DNA of 39,365 nucleotides from Methanocellales archaeon (GTDB lineage Archaea; Halobacteriota; JAWCLZ01): contig JAWCMA010000001.1 of the NCBI GenBank assembly GCA_038850285.1, forward strand, positions 124,261 through 163,625. The letters run 5' to 3'. Below the pieces are notes generated by a model. It was given only the letters and a program-made list of their open reading frames with translations, ran no database searches and was not told the origin of the DNA. Of this stretch, positions 8,485 to 17,613 are shown in pieces. The position numbers and the translations under genes were made by a program. The stretch's first letter is position 1. Each line of letters starts with the position of its first letter.

Positions 8485-9843
8485 ATGATCGAGCTGAGCT
8501 ATCACAAGGGCACTATTCTAATCAAGGGAAATATTAGAGTGCCCTATGCCACTTGGGATACGCGTGTAAACTGCTATAGAGCGCAGGCGCTTTATTATCG
8601 AGAGATAGTGGAATATCTAAATCGCTCTAAACTGGAGTATAAAGATAGAGTACTTGATTTAATACCCTGCGAAAACCTAAGTCTTTCCACTCGATTTCAA
8701 CTCCGCGATTATCAAGCGAGAGCTTTAAATGCTTGGCTGAGTGCTGGTAAAAAAGGCACGATTGTACTGCCAACTGGAGGGGGTAAGACTCTTGTGGCAA
8801 TTAAAGCAATCTCAATAGTTAATCAGCCCGCCTTAGCGGTAGTGCCTACTCTGGATCTCTTAGAGCAATGGCGAGGGCTTTTGAATAGAGAGTTAAACAT
8901 TGAAGTTGGTATATACGGTGGGGGGGAGCATTTATTAAAAGGAGTTACTGTTGCAACCTATGATACTGCCTATATTAGAGCTGAGGAACTTGGCAATAAA
9001 TTTATGCTTTTAATATTTGATGAAGTGCATCATTTACCCGCTCCTGGATATATGCAGATAGCGGAATTATCTGCAGCACCATATAGACTGGGATTAACCG
9101 CGACCTATGAAAGAGAAGATGGCTTGCATAAAGAGCTCGCTAAACTCGTGGGCGGCAAGGTTTTTGAAGTGGATATCGAGCACCTAGCAGGGCGCTATCT
9201 AGCGGAATATGAAGTTAAAACCATTCGCACCGAGCTAACTCCCGAGGAGAAGAAGGCATATGGCGAGGCATATAAAATCTTTTTGAATTATCTTCAGGCT
9301 AGCAAGCTCTCTCTGAAAACCCCTAGCGATTTCCAACGCTTTATCCTGCGAACCGGACGAGACCCTAAAGCTCGAGAGGCTCTCTTGGCGAGGCAAAGAG
9401 CAAGACAGATAGCTTTGAACTCAACTTCCAAGTTAAGTGTCTTGAAACAAATACTGGAGAATCATCATTGCGATAGAATTTTAATTTTCACAGAGCACAA
9501 TGAACTCGTGCATAGAATTTCCAAGGAATTTTTGATCCCGGCGATAACCCATAGGACTTCCAAGAGCGAGAGAGCAGAGATCTTAGAGAATTTTAGAAAT
9601 GCTAAATATAAAGTAATTGCTAGCTCAAAAGTGCTCGATGAAGGAATTGATGTGCCTGAAGCAAATATTGGGGTCATTTTAAGTGGGAGTGGCAGCACTC
9701 GAGAATTCAGACAGCGATTAGGTAGATTGCTGAGGAAGCGCGAGGGCAAGCGAGCTATATTATATGAAATAATTTCAATGCAAACCTCAGAAGTTGGAAC
9801 TTCTAGGAAGCGGAAAAAGAGGATTGCACATGCTCCCATCTGA
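8485..9843 (+). CDS. xpb: XPB/Rad25-family SF2 DNA helicase
   Basis: LRDYQ, LPTGGGKT, DEVHH, GLTATYEREDG (RED motif), LDEGIDVP, QRLGRLLR. Confidence 0.93.
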   Translation: MIELSYHKGTILIKGNIRVPYATWDTRVNCYRAQALYYREIVEYLNRSKLEYKDRVLDLIPCENLSLSTRFQLRDYQARALNAWLSAGKKGTIVLPTGGGKTLVAIKAISIVNQPALAVVPTLDLLEQWRGLLNRELNIEVGIYGGGEHLLKGVTVATYDTAYIRAEELGNKFMLLIFDEVHHLPAPGYMQIAELSAAPYRLGLTATYEREDGLHKELAKLVGGKVFEVDIEHLAGRYLAEYEVKTIRTELTPEEKKAYGEAYKIFLNYLQASKLSLKTPSDFQRFILRTGRDPKAREALLARQRARQIALNSTSKLSVLKQILENHHCDRILIFTEHNELVHRISKEFLIPAITHRTSKSERAEILENFRNAKYKVIASSKVLDEGIDVPEANIGVILSGSGSTREFRQRLGRLLRKREGKRAILYEIISMQTSEVGTSRKRKKRIAHAPI

Positions 9844-11434
9844 GCTTCTTCGCTTCACCACCAAGAAGGGAAAGATTTACTTAAAATTCGCTTCGCTGGA
9901 TAAGGAAAATCTGGAGATTGCCCAGAATCTCATTGAAGTTTATGGAGCGAATATAAATAAAAGGAAAGGCGAACTCATAGAGCTAATTGGGGAACTGGAA
10001 AAATATTATGATTATCGCTATTTGCGTGGATTATCAGCTTTGCTGGAAAGAAGATGCAGCTTTGAAATAAGCAGCTCAATAGAGCCTATGATTGCAAGGA
10101 GAAAGGTATTTGAAGAAGCAAATAAATTCACTCCAGTTACCACGCAGTGGAAGCGCGATAGAGTTTTACAGCTTGCAGCCTCTACGCTGAATATCGCTAA
10201 AGATGAGCTTGAGAAATCGATCTTTGCAGACCTAGAGGAAGAATTGATTTTAAAAAGCTTTACTCGAATTACCCCAGTAGAACTCCTCAAGGAGTACAAT
10301 CTCTCACTGGTTCAAACTCTACTTCTCAAGGCTGCTTCGCTGGAATTTGAAGTGAGCAATAGCTATGGCTTGATCATTAGAAAGCTTAAAAATCTCGGTT
10401 TAATGTATTTTGCGGAGAAAAGAAACAATCGTCTCTGGATTACTGTGGAGGGTGCGCTAGCTCTTTTCAAGCTAACCGAGAGATATGGCAATTCCCTAGC
10501 GAGGCTTATTCCAGTTATATTTAGAGCAGAGAAATGGCGGGTGAAAGCAAGCATTGTAATTAGATATGGAGAAGCCCCTAGAATCTATGAATTCCAATTG
10601 GATCATAGCTCTAAAGATTTACTAGCCCATTTTGAATTTGGTGAGAGAGATGTTTTTGATAGCGCTATTGAGAGAAACTTTGCTTATAGATTCAATGCAT
10701 TGAAAACCGGCTGGATTTTGAAAAGAGAGCCTGAGCCTCTGATCACCGGCACCTCTATCTTCATCCCTGATTTTGCCCTAGAAAAGAATGGAGTGCGGCT
10801 TTATCTTGAAATCGCAGGTTTCTATACTGAGGATTACCTCAAGAGGAAGCTTCAAAAACTCAAGCAAGTGAGGGAGGCAAATCTCATCATTTGCTTAGAT
10901 AAAAACTTGGCTTGCTCAAATTTAGAAGAGATTCCTGGCAAGTTAATTCTCTTTGAAAAAGAAATACCACTCAAGCCAGTGCTTGATCTTCTAAAGACCA
11001 TGGAGGAGGAGAAAATAATGAGCGATATGACAAAGTTAAAAACGGTGAACTTCGAGGGGGATATAATCAGCGTGGGAGCACTGGCAGAGAAATATGGCGC
11101 GAGTGCGGAAGCGATAAAGAGAATTGCTATGAATACAAATTACAAGCTAGTTGGAGATCAATTGATCAGTGAAAGAGCAATTGAGAAACTGAGAAGCAAG
11201 GTATTTGAACTATTCCCAAACCCAAATTTAAAGCAAGCTGCAGATCAGCTTCGCAGCCTTGGAATTAGCAACCCTATGTTATTGCTCCAAGGTTTAGGAT
11301 TCGAGGTCAAATGGGATGGACTTGATATAGAGAGAGCAATAATAATATTAAAAGAAAGAGAAGAAGGAGAAAAAGAAAGAGAAGAAGAAAAAGAAAGAGA
11401 AGAAGAAAAAGAAAAGCTAGATGGGAGGAGATAA
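9830..11434 (+). CDS. bax1: Bax1 (DUF790) endonuclease, XPB partner
   Basis: MLPSELL N-terminus (ATG 9830), FDSAIE, W.LKREPEPL, FIPDF...YLEIAGFYTEDYLKRKLQKL; overlaps xpb as in known XPB-Bax1 pairs. Confidence 0.9.
   Translation: MLPSELLRFTTKKGKIYLKFASLDKENLEIAQNLIEVYGANINKRKGELIELIGELEKYYDYRYLRGLSALLERRCSFEISSSIEPMIARRKVFEEANKFTPVTTQWKRDRVLQLAASTLNIAKDELEKSIFADLEEELILKSFTRITPVELLKEYNLSLVQTLLLKAASLEFEVSNSYGLIIRKLKNLGLMYFAEKRNNRLWITVEGALALFKLTERYGNSLARLIPVIFRAEKWRVKASIVIRYGEAPRIYEFQLDHSSKDLLAHFEFGERDVFDSAIERNFAYRFNALKTGWILKREPEPLITGTSIFIPDFALEKNGVRLYLEIAGFYTEDYLKRKLQKLKQVREANLIICLDKNLACSNLEEIPGKLILFEKEIPLKPVLDLLKTMEEEKIMSDMTKLKTVNFEGDIISVGALAEKYGASAEAIKRIAMNTNYKLVGDQLISERAIEKLRSKVFELFPNPNLKQAADQLRSLGISNPMLLLQGLGFEVKWDGLDIERAIIILKEREEGEKEREEEKEREEEKEKLDGRR
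11351..11415 (+). repeat. 18-bp purine-only tandem repeat encoding (KEREEE)n tail
   Basis: AAAGAAAGAGAAGAAGAA about 3.5 copies (first has a 3-bp insertion) at the 3' end of bax1. Confidence 0.85.
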
Positions 11435-12203
11435 AGTGACAAAGACAAAGACGCTTGGATTCGCTGGGAAAGGCGGTGTGGGCAAAACATCTATAGCTGC
11501 ATTATTCCTTAAATATCTAATCGAGAAGCTGCCGAATAAGCGATTGCTTGTTATAGATTCAGATCCCAATGAATGCATGCCTCAAGCTATAGGTGCAAAA
11601 GGCTATAGGCGTCTTTCAGATGTAGTCGCGCGCCACAAGGGCTCAAGTGTTAACCTCGAGCAGTTCAATCAAGAGTTTGCAACGCTATTGCTTGAGAGCG
11701 AGCAAACTGGATATGACTTCTTAGTTATGGGAAGGGGAGAAGGCGAGGGCTGCTATTGCTTGATCAATAATTTCTTAAAAAATGTTTATGAGAGAAATAT
11801 TAAACTCGCTAGAGATCCCTATGATTATATACTCATGGACTGCGAAGCTGGGCTTGAGCATATCGCTAGGCGAACCTCCGCTGGCATAGATGATTTAATT
11901 ATAGTCACCGATTCCTCGAAGATGGGCATTGATACTATTTCAAATATCAAAAGTGTTTCAATTGAAGCTCGCTCTGGAGTTAAAAATTTCTATGTAATTG
12001 CAAATAAAACCAGCGAAGCGCTAGCGGGGAAAATAAAGGAAAAAGCTGAAAAACTTGGAATGCACTATCTAGGCAGTATTCCATATGATCCACTTCTTGA
12101 GCAGTTCAACGCAGAGGGTAAAAGTTTGCTTGAGCTGCCTCAAGATTCGATTGCATATAAAAAAATAGGGGAAATAGTGAAACAGGTCATTCAAACAAAA
12201 TAA
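11421..12203 (+). CDS. cooC: CooC/AcsF-type nickel-insertion ATPase (CODH/ACS maturation)
   Basis: Deviant Walker A GKGGVGKT, IDSDPN, MGRGEGEGCYC (CxC metal motif), DCEAGLEH. Confidence 0.88.
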   Translation: MGGDKVTKTKTLGFAGKGGVGKTSIAALFLKYLIEKLPNKRLLVIDSDPNECMPQAIGAKGYRRLSDVVARHKGSSVNLEQFNQEFATLLLESEQTGYDFLVMGRGEGEGCYCLINNFLKNVYERNIKLARDPYDYILMDCEAGLEHIARRTSAGIDDLIIVTDSSKMGIDTISNIKSVSIEARSGVKNFYVIANKTSEALAGKIKEKAEKLGMHYLGSIPYDPLLEQFNAEGKSLLELPQDSIAYKKIGEIVKQVIQTK

Positions 12204-12205
12204 AG

Positions 12206-12523
12206 GCCGACGAGCATGCTCTCAGTCGCCATTTTACTGCTCTCTAATTATCCAGCAATTCGCCTCCACTCCGTGACCTCGCGAGCGCTGGTTGCCCGCA
12301 GTAGGCTCGCTCCCTTCCGGGCCTCAGCCGGTGCCTGCGGTTAAGCACTGGAAACCTACTCTCCAGCAAGCCTCCAGTGCAGCGCCAACCCCGCAAGACG
12401 AAGCTTCTTTGTTGAATAACTGGGTCAGAGGGCAGATCAAATGTCTTCCTCGAGCTTCGCCCCTCGCATATCGACGGTTTCGAGTCACAGGTGACGCCGA
12501 TTCACCCAGGCTAGCTCGCCGGC
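12206..12523 (-). ncRNA. ffs: Archaeal signal recognition particle (7S) RNA
   Basis: About 318-nt GC-rich segment; 5'/3' ends pair (GCCGGCGAGC/GCTCGTCGGC); Alu-like 5' domain; helix 6 GCACTGGAGGCTTGCT-GGAG-AGTAGGTTTCCAGTGC; helix 8 AGGCCC-GGAA-GGGAGC. Confidence 0.96.
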
Positions 12524-12639
12524 ATGTAGTTGGTTATCTTGCTTTGCATTAATATTTTTCTAACCTATAGTTATCTATAGTTATTAGTTTCAAATGGAAA
12601 ATGGAAAAATTATATACTAAAGCAGTGAGAGCATTGAGT

Positions 12640-13209
12640 ATGAATGGTTCAATATTGATATTGCTCCTCGCTATCTTGCTGCTTCTAGTTGGTTTTATGA
12701 TCTACTTCTATTCAACGTATAATCGCTTCAAGAGCTTGAAGAATGCTGGGGATGCAACGCTTGCTCAAGTCAGAGTGGCGATGAAGAAGCGGCTTGATTT
12801 GATTGAGCAGCTTGTGGAAGGGATCAAGAGCTATGCGAAGTTTGAGCGGGAAACACTTGAGAAAATTACAGGCATGCGCACTGGTGTGGAGAGAGCCAGT
12901 GCAGAGGAACTGCGGAATATCGACAGTGCAAGCAGGGGAATACTGGCAAGCGTAGTGGCGATAGCAGAAAGCTATCCTGCGCTTAGAACTTCTGAGGCAG
13001 TTACGCTGACTATGAATGCCATTAAGGATGTTGAAGATGAAATAGCTAGGCATAGATATACCTATAACAATATAATTCAGGAGTATAACACTATGCTAGA
13101 TACAGTGCCCTCTAAGTTTGTGGGACGCTTCTCAGGACTCTGGAAGAAAGAGTATCTTGATTTCTATGAGGAGGAATTAAAGAGACCTGTGGTGAGCCTA
13201 GGTGGGTGA
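12640..13209 (+). CDS. lemA: LemA family protein
   Basis: N-terminal TM helix, YNRF, KKRLDLIEQLV...YAKFERETLEKIT, AESYPALR, EDEIARHRYTYN...YN...PS. Start 12640 preferred over 12601. Confidence 0.92.
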   Translation: MNGSILILLLAILLLLVGFMIYFYSTYNRFKSLKNAGDATLAQVRVAMKKRLDLIEQLVEGIKSYAKFERETLEKITGMRTGVERASAEELRNIDSASRGILASVVAIAESYPALRTSEAVTLTMNAIKDVEDEIARHRYTYNNIIQEYNTMLDTVPSKFVGRFSGLWKKEYLDFYEEELKRPVVSLGG

Positions 13210-15022
13210 AGAAAAGCAGATCGCAATTCTATTAATTGCTGTAGCATTCATCGGGCTAGGGGGATTATTTCTCGCTAGCTTTGCCAGTGCCTTTGATTTA
13301 TTCAATGAAGTCTACGTTGAAAGCTATAGCGTTGAGTTATACTTGAATGGCACCCTCGAGGAAACCTTTGTTTATACAGTTAAAGAAGCCGGTAAATATA
13401 GAATGCTCTACAGAAGTTGGGAATCACCTTTATCCAGAGATGAAAAACTCAACTTCGCCTATATAGAGCTCCTCAATATTTCTCCGCCACTGGGAGCAGT
13501 GCCTTATGTTAAGGACTATAAAGGTGTAATAAGAGCTTTACCTCCCTATGAGGAGCTCTCCAGTATTGATTCCTTGGCGGGGATCAATGAAGCCGGGGTT
13601 TTTAGAGCGGAAAAATTTGAAGCAGGGGAATATGAGGTTAAGTATGCCTTCAAACTCCATCCACCTCTGGAGTGCGACGAGGAATGCTGTCACTTGAATT
13701 TGAAGCTTGCGAGCACACACTTGCCCTATAGAAAAGTCATGATTGTAATTCACGACTCCGAGGACCTATTAGTCCAGTTTTTCCCTCATCCAGCGATGGA
13801 TGTAAGGAGGGAGGGCAATAACTTGATTGCTATTGGAGAGAGCCCAGAGGATTCCCTGTTGGAAATTGAGATGCTGCTGAAACCTGAGATTATGAGCGTG
13901 ATGGAAGGATTTCCTAGATCGATATCTGATGTTAAAGGCAAAACCCTTTCAGCTAACTTTTGGTATTATTTGGTCTCTGAAATTATCTCGGCTATAAACT
14001 ATGCATTGAAAGCACTGGTGCTGTTGTTTCCACTGCTGCTTGCATTTATTTACCTTAAATATGGCAGGGAAAAACAATTCACAGTGCCCAGTTCTTTGAG
14101 TTTTATACCCGTGAAGAGGAAGCCGTGGCTTGTAAATCTGGTTTTCAGGAAAGATCCATTTGACTACGACGACAATGGGCTATATGCAACTCTGCTTGAT
14201 CTACACCGACGCGGCGTGGTGAAGGTTGAGGATAATTTCAAAGGATTGAGAATACGCATCCTCAAAGGCATTGAAGTTGGGGAGGATGAATATGAAAGGA
14301 AAGTGCTTAAGTTCTTAAATGATTATGCTAGGAACAGGGTTTTTGATGCATTGGAGTTTAGAGCTAGAATCAAAAAACTGCGGGATTCAGCTTTAAGAGG
14401 AAGTTCTGCTGATGAGCGAGTGTTAAATAGCATTAATAGTAGCTTGAGCACAGTAATGAGATTCAAATCGAAAAAAGATTCAGAGGAATTTGTGATAAGC
14501 GGGAAGAAATATTCATGGACATTGCTTGCAATTTCAATCATTATATTCATAGCAATTGTTTTCTCTATAGCTATACTCGATGCAGCTATTTTTCCAAAGT
14601 TGAATTCAGCTTTATTGATTTCCATATTTTTACTGCTACAATGCATTCCCCCATTATTCGCTTCCTCAGCCCTTTTTGGAAAGTGGAGGGGAGATTATTA
14701 TAAAGAAAAACTTGAGTGGGATGCCTTCGCAAATTTCTTGAAAGATTTCGCCTCGATTAAAAAGTATGCTCCTGGGGATGTAGCGATATGGCAGGAGTGG
14801 CTTGTCTATGGAACAGCGCTAGGTATAGGTGATAGGGTCGTGAAAGCAATGAAAGCACTAAATATTTCTATTCCTGAAGTTCACGCAGCGGAATACATAC
14901 CCTCCTTCTTCAGGAACACATATAGTATGACAGTACCCCCTGCAGGGGGAGGTAGTAAATTAGGCGGAGGCGGCTTTGGCGGGGGAGGGGGATTCGGTGG
15001 AGGGGGCGGTGGAGCGAGGTAA
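13202..15022 (+). CDS. DUF2207-family membrane protein
   Basis: N-terminal beta-rich extracellular domain, ATLLDL, two further TM helices, WQEWLVYGTALG and Gly-rich C-tail; usual LemA neighbour. Confidence 0.85.
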   Translation: MGEEKQIAILLIAVAFIGLGGLFLASFASAFDLFNEVYVESYSVELYLNGTLEETFVYTVKEAGKYRMLYRSWESPLSRDEKLNFAYIELLNISPPLGAVPYVKDYKGVIRALPPYEELSSIDSLAGINEAGVFRAEKFEAGEYEVKYAFKLHPPLECDEECCHLNLKLASTHLPYRKVMIVIHDSEDLLVQFFPHPAMDVRREGNNLIAIGESPEDSLLEIEMLLKPEIMSVMEGFPRSISDVKGKTLSANFWYYLVSEIISAINYALKALVLLFPLLLAFIYLKYGREKQFTVPSSLSFIPVKRKPWLVNLVFRKDPFDYDDNGLYATLLDLHRRGVVKVEDNFKGLRIRILKGIEVGEDEYERKVLKFLNDYARNRVFDALEFRARIKKLRDSALRGSSADERVLNSINSSLSTVMRFKSKKDSEEFVISGKKYSWTLLAISIIIFIAIVFSIAILDAAIFPKLNSALLISIFLLLQCIPPLFASSALFGKWRGDYYKEKLEWDAFANFLKDFASIKKYAPGDVAIWQEWLVYGTALGIGDRVVKAMKALNISIPEVHAAEYIPSFFRNTYSMTVPPAGGGSKLGGGGFGGGGGFGGGGGGAR

Positions 15023-15067
15023 GGTGAAATATAAGAAGTAAGAATAAAAGTAAGAAGGCATTGCATA

Positions 15068-15589
15068 TTATAGCCCTGCTTCGCTGAAGATGCACCCGCA
15101 GTATTTTTGCATATATAAATTTAATTCCCTTGCTCTAATTCTACTCTGCTTCCAGCCAACGCGGAAGTCTTCGTAGTAGAAATCGATTTCATATTCGCTC
15201 GCTAGTTTCTCACAGATCTGCTTAATTAGCTCGTGTTTTTGCCAAGGTGAGGTTAATAGCGTAGTGGTGAAGGCATTGAAATTCTTTTGCTTTGCCATTT
15301 TAGCGGCTTCTATAAAGCGCGTGGTATAGCAATATTCACAGCGATTCTCAGCATTCAAAGCACCTTTTAAATAGGTTTTAAGTGTAAGGGTATATTCATT
15401 TTTATATATTACTTCAAATTTTTGGATTTCAGCAAATTTTTTTACACTCTCAAGCCTAGTTTTATATTCCTTATATGGATGTATATTTGGGTTGTAGAAG
15501 AAGCCAATTACCTCATTTCCTTGGTTGATTAGCTTGGGAATGGGATAAGTGGAGCAGGGAGCGCAGCAGATGTGCACTAAGATTTTCAA
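15068..15589 (-). CDS. queH: QueH/DUF208-family Fe-S protein (epoxyqueuosine reductase-like)
   Basis: HICCAPC, FYNPNIHPYKEY, RCEYCY, FTTTLL.SP, YMQKYCGCIFS; TTG start. Family confident, function in an archaeon uncertain. Confidence 0.85.
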   Translation of the reverse strand: MKILVHICCAPCSTYPIPKLINQGNEVIGFFYNPNIHPYKEYKTRLESVKKFAEIQKFEVIYKNEYTLTLKTYLKGALNAENRCEYCYTTRFIEAAKMAKQKNFNAFTTTLLTSPWQKHELIKQICEKLASEYEIDFYYEDFRVGWKQSRIRARELNLYMQKYCGCIFSEAGL

Positions 15590-15647
15590 GCTAGATCAAA
15601 AATAATAAAAGCAGTCAATAGGCATTATGTTTTTGCTTTTGTTTTTT

Positions 15648-16823
15648 TTAGCTGGGTAGAAATAAATTTCTCAATTTAAATAGTATTTTTGGATTTCTTA
15701 AAATCAATTCCTTTAAGAGAACATGCACGCTGAATTCCTGTGCTTTTAAATCTATTCCCTGCAGGCTTTCTGCAAGTGAGTTGAAATCTTCATCAGTAAG
15801 GCTGCTAAGTACTTCTTTCACCTTGTAGTGCCTAGCCAGTTCTTTTCCAAGTGATGCTCTCCAGCGGTCTTCATATTCCCTTAAAACTTCACTGGAGTAG
15901 TTTTCTTCTTCAACTGCTCTAGCTGCAACTTCACCTGCGATTTTTCCAGCGTACATTGCATTTACAATTCCCCCTCCCGTTATTGGATCCGCTTGCCTTG
16001 CAGCATCGCCTGCAATTATAAGTCCATTTGCAATTGCGCGCTTTATAGGCCCTGAAACGGGTACGCCGCCCAGGACCATTTCGATGATCTTGCCATTGGG
16101 GAATTTCTTTGCAGCAAAGTTCTTAAGATAATCTATTGCTCTTAAATCGCTGGATTTACTAGCTAGAATTCCTACGCCCACGTTTGCCTCTCGTTCTCCC
16201 TTGGGAAATACCCAGAGGTAACCGCTTGGTGCAATTCTATTGCCAACATAGAAGTCAGCGTATTCTTCATCGATATCTATATCTGCAATTAAAAACTGCG
16301 CGCAGCTTTCTATATCCTTCAATTTCACAGCTGTATCTACACCTGCCCATCTTGCAACCTGTGATTCAACGCCATCAGCGGCAATTACAACTTTTGATTT
16401 AATTTTAAACTCCTTGTTCAGCTGACTAGCTGTAATTCCTCGGACAAAGCCATTTTCCATTAAAACACCTGTGGCTCTAGTTTTAACTTGCACTTGAGCG
16501 CCAGCTCTAGCAGCAAGTTTAGCTAGCTCGCGGTCGAATATCTTCCTTTCTAGGATGAGTCCGATTTCTTCATTTCCATCTATCTTCACCATAGTGCCAT
16601 TGGGCGAATAAATCCTCGCGCCTTTCAATCTAGCTGCGATCCATTTTGGATCGAGCTCAATGAATTTCATTAGCGATTTCTTGCCTGTTCCCTCTGCACA
16701 TCTAACTGGAGTTCCTATTTCTTGCCGCTTTTCAATTAGCAGTACATTGAGCCCTAGCTCCGCAGCAGTTTTAGCAGCAGTGCTGCCAGCGGGACCTGCA
16801 CCCACCACTATAACGTCGTACAT
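15648..16823 (-). CDS. Digeranylgeranylglycerophospholipid (geranylgeranyl) reductase
   Basis: YDVIVVGAGPAGS, PVRCAEG, ERKIFDRELA, IAADGVES, APSGYLWVFPKG, GDAARQADPITGGGI; ATG at 16823 overlaps the ferredoxin stop. Confidence 0.92.
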   Translation of the reverse strand: MYDVIVVGAGPAGSTAAKTAAELGLNVLLIEKRQEIGTPVRCAEGTGKKSLMKFIELDPKWIAARLKGARIYSPNGTMVKIDGNEEIGLILERKIFDRELAKLAARAGAQVQVKTRATGVLMENGFVRGITASQLNKEFKIKSKVVIAADGVESQVARWAGVDTAVKLKDIESCAQFLIADIDIDEEYADFYVGNRIAPSGYLWVFPKGEREANVGVGILASKSSDLRAIDYLKNFAAKKFPNGKIIEMVLGGVPVSGPIKRAIANGLIIAGDAARQADPITGGGIVNAMYAGKIAGEVAARAVEEENYSSEVLREYEDRWRASLGKELARHYKVKEVLSSLTDEDFNSLAESLQGIDLKAQEFSVHVLLKELILRNPKILFKLRNLFLPS

Positions 16824-16993
16824 CAATTTCTTACCTCTAGAGCACCCACTGGACACATTTTAATGCAAATTTTGCATTCATCGCAATTATTTCCTATCAA
16901 TAAAATCATCTCTAGAAGCTCAATTGCATTATTTGGACAGACAGCTACGCAGGCTCCACAGTAACCACATTTCTCTCTATTAACTGAGATCAT
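16823..16993 (-). CDS. 2x[4Fe-4S] ferredoxin (56 aa)
   Basis: Not in the track: MISVNREKCGYCGACVAVCPNNAIELLEMILLIGNNCDECKICIKMCPVGALEVRN; two CxxCxxCxxxCP motifs; TGATG coupling to the reductase. Confidence 0.93.
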   Translation of the reverse strand: MISVNREKCGYCGACVAVCPNNAIELLEMILLIGNNCDECKICIKMCPVGALEVRN

Positions 16994-16995
16994 AA

Positions 16996-17484
16996 TTAAA
17001 CCTCAAGCGGTACGCTGAGGAGCTTCTCAATATATTTCTTTAGATCTTCAAGTTCCTTTCGATAGCGCTTTATCACCTCTAAGTGCTCTTGCACCTCTAG
17101 ATCATTTTTTTTCAAAATCTCGCTTTGATTTAGTTTTTCAAATGCAGGAATTATATATTGATCGTGGATTGCTTGGATGAATCCCCTGAAAGCTGCATCT
17201 AGATCTAGCTTGGAGGAGTAGAAGTTCTTCCTGGAATTCTGTTTCTTGGATTTTTGAATAAAACCCATGCGATCTAAATCATCGAGAGCAGCACTTATAG
17301 CTGGCACTGAGTAGCCTGTATATGAGCTAATTTCATCTTGGGTTAAGGCACGTGGAAATAGAATTAATGCTCCAAATACTCTGCCATGCACATCCCCCAT
17401 GCCTCGTGCTTTGAAGAGCGCTTCAAATGTGCTGAGAATGCCCTCTCTATCCCTCGAAATTTCCTCAGATAAATTGCTATTCAT
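16996..17484 (-). CDS. GbsR/MarR-type winged-HTH transcriptional regulator
   Basis: GRVFGALIL...LTQDEIS...SVPAISAALDDL..MGFI...SRKNFY, followed by a coiled-coil-like C-terminus. Confidence 0.8.
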   Translation of the reverse strand: MNSNLSEEISRDREGILSTFEALFKARGMGDVHGRVFGALILFPRALTQDEISSYTGYSVPAISAALDDLDRMGFIQKSKKQNSRKNFYSSKLDLDAAFRGFIQAIHDQYIIPAFEKLNQSEILKKNDLEVQEHLEVIKRYRKELEDLKKYIEKLLSVPLEV

Positions 17485-17613
17485 GCAAATGAAAAAAATA
17501 TGGTCTAAACTATAAATACTTTCTTGGATTTTCTGAAAAATGAAAAAATATGAAAGGTATGAAAGGTAATAAATAATTATAATTATTCAATTCAATTTAA
17601 TGACAACCTGAAA

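Noticed and set aside
8485-11434. Helicase-nuclease pair as a novel defence system
   Set aside because: Matches the established archaeal XPB-Bax1 repair pair.
12292-12552. 86-aa plus-strand ORF
   Set aside because: Antisense to the GC-rich SRP RNA; the open frame is a by-product of composition.
14940-15020. G-rich tract resembling a G-quadruplex
   Set aside because: Explained by the Gly-rich tail typical of DUF2207 proteins.
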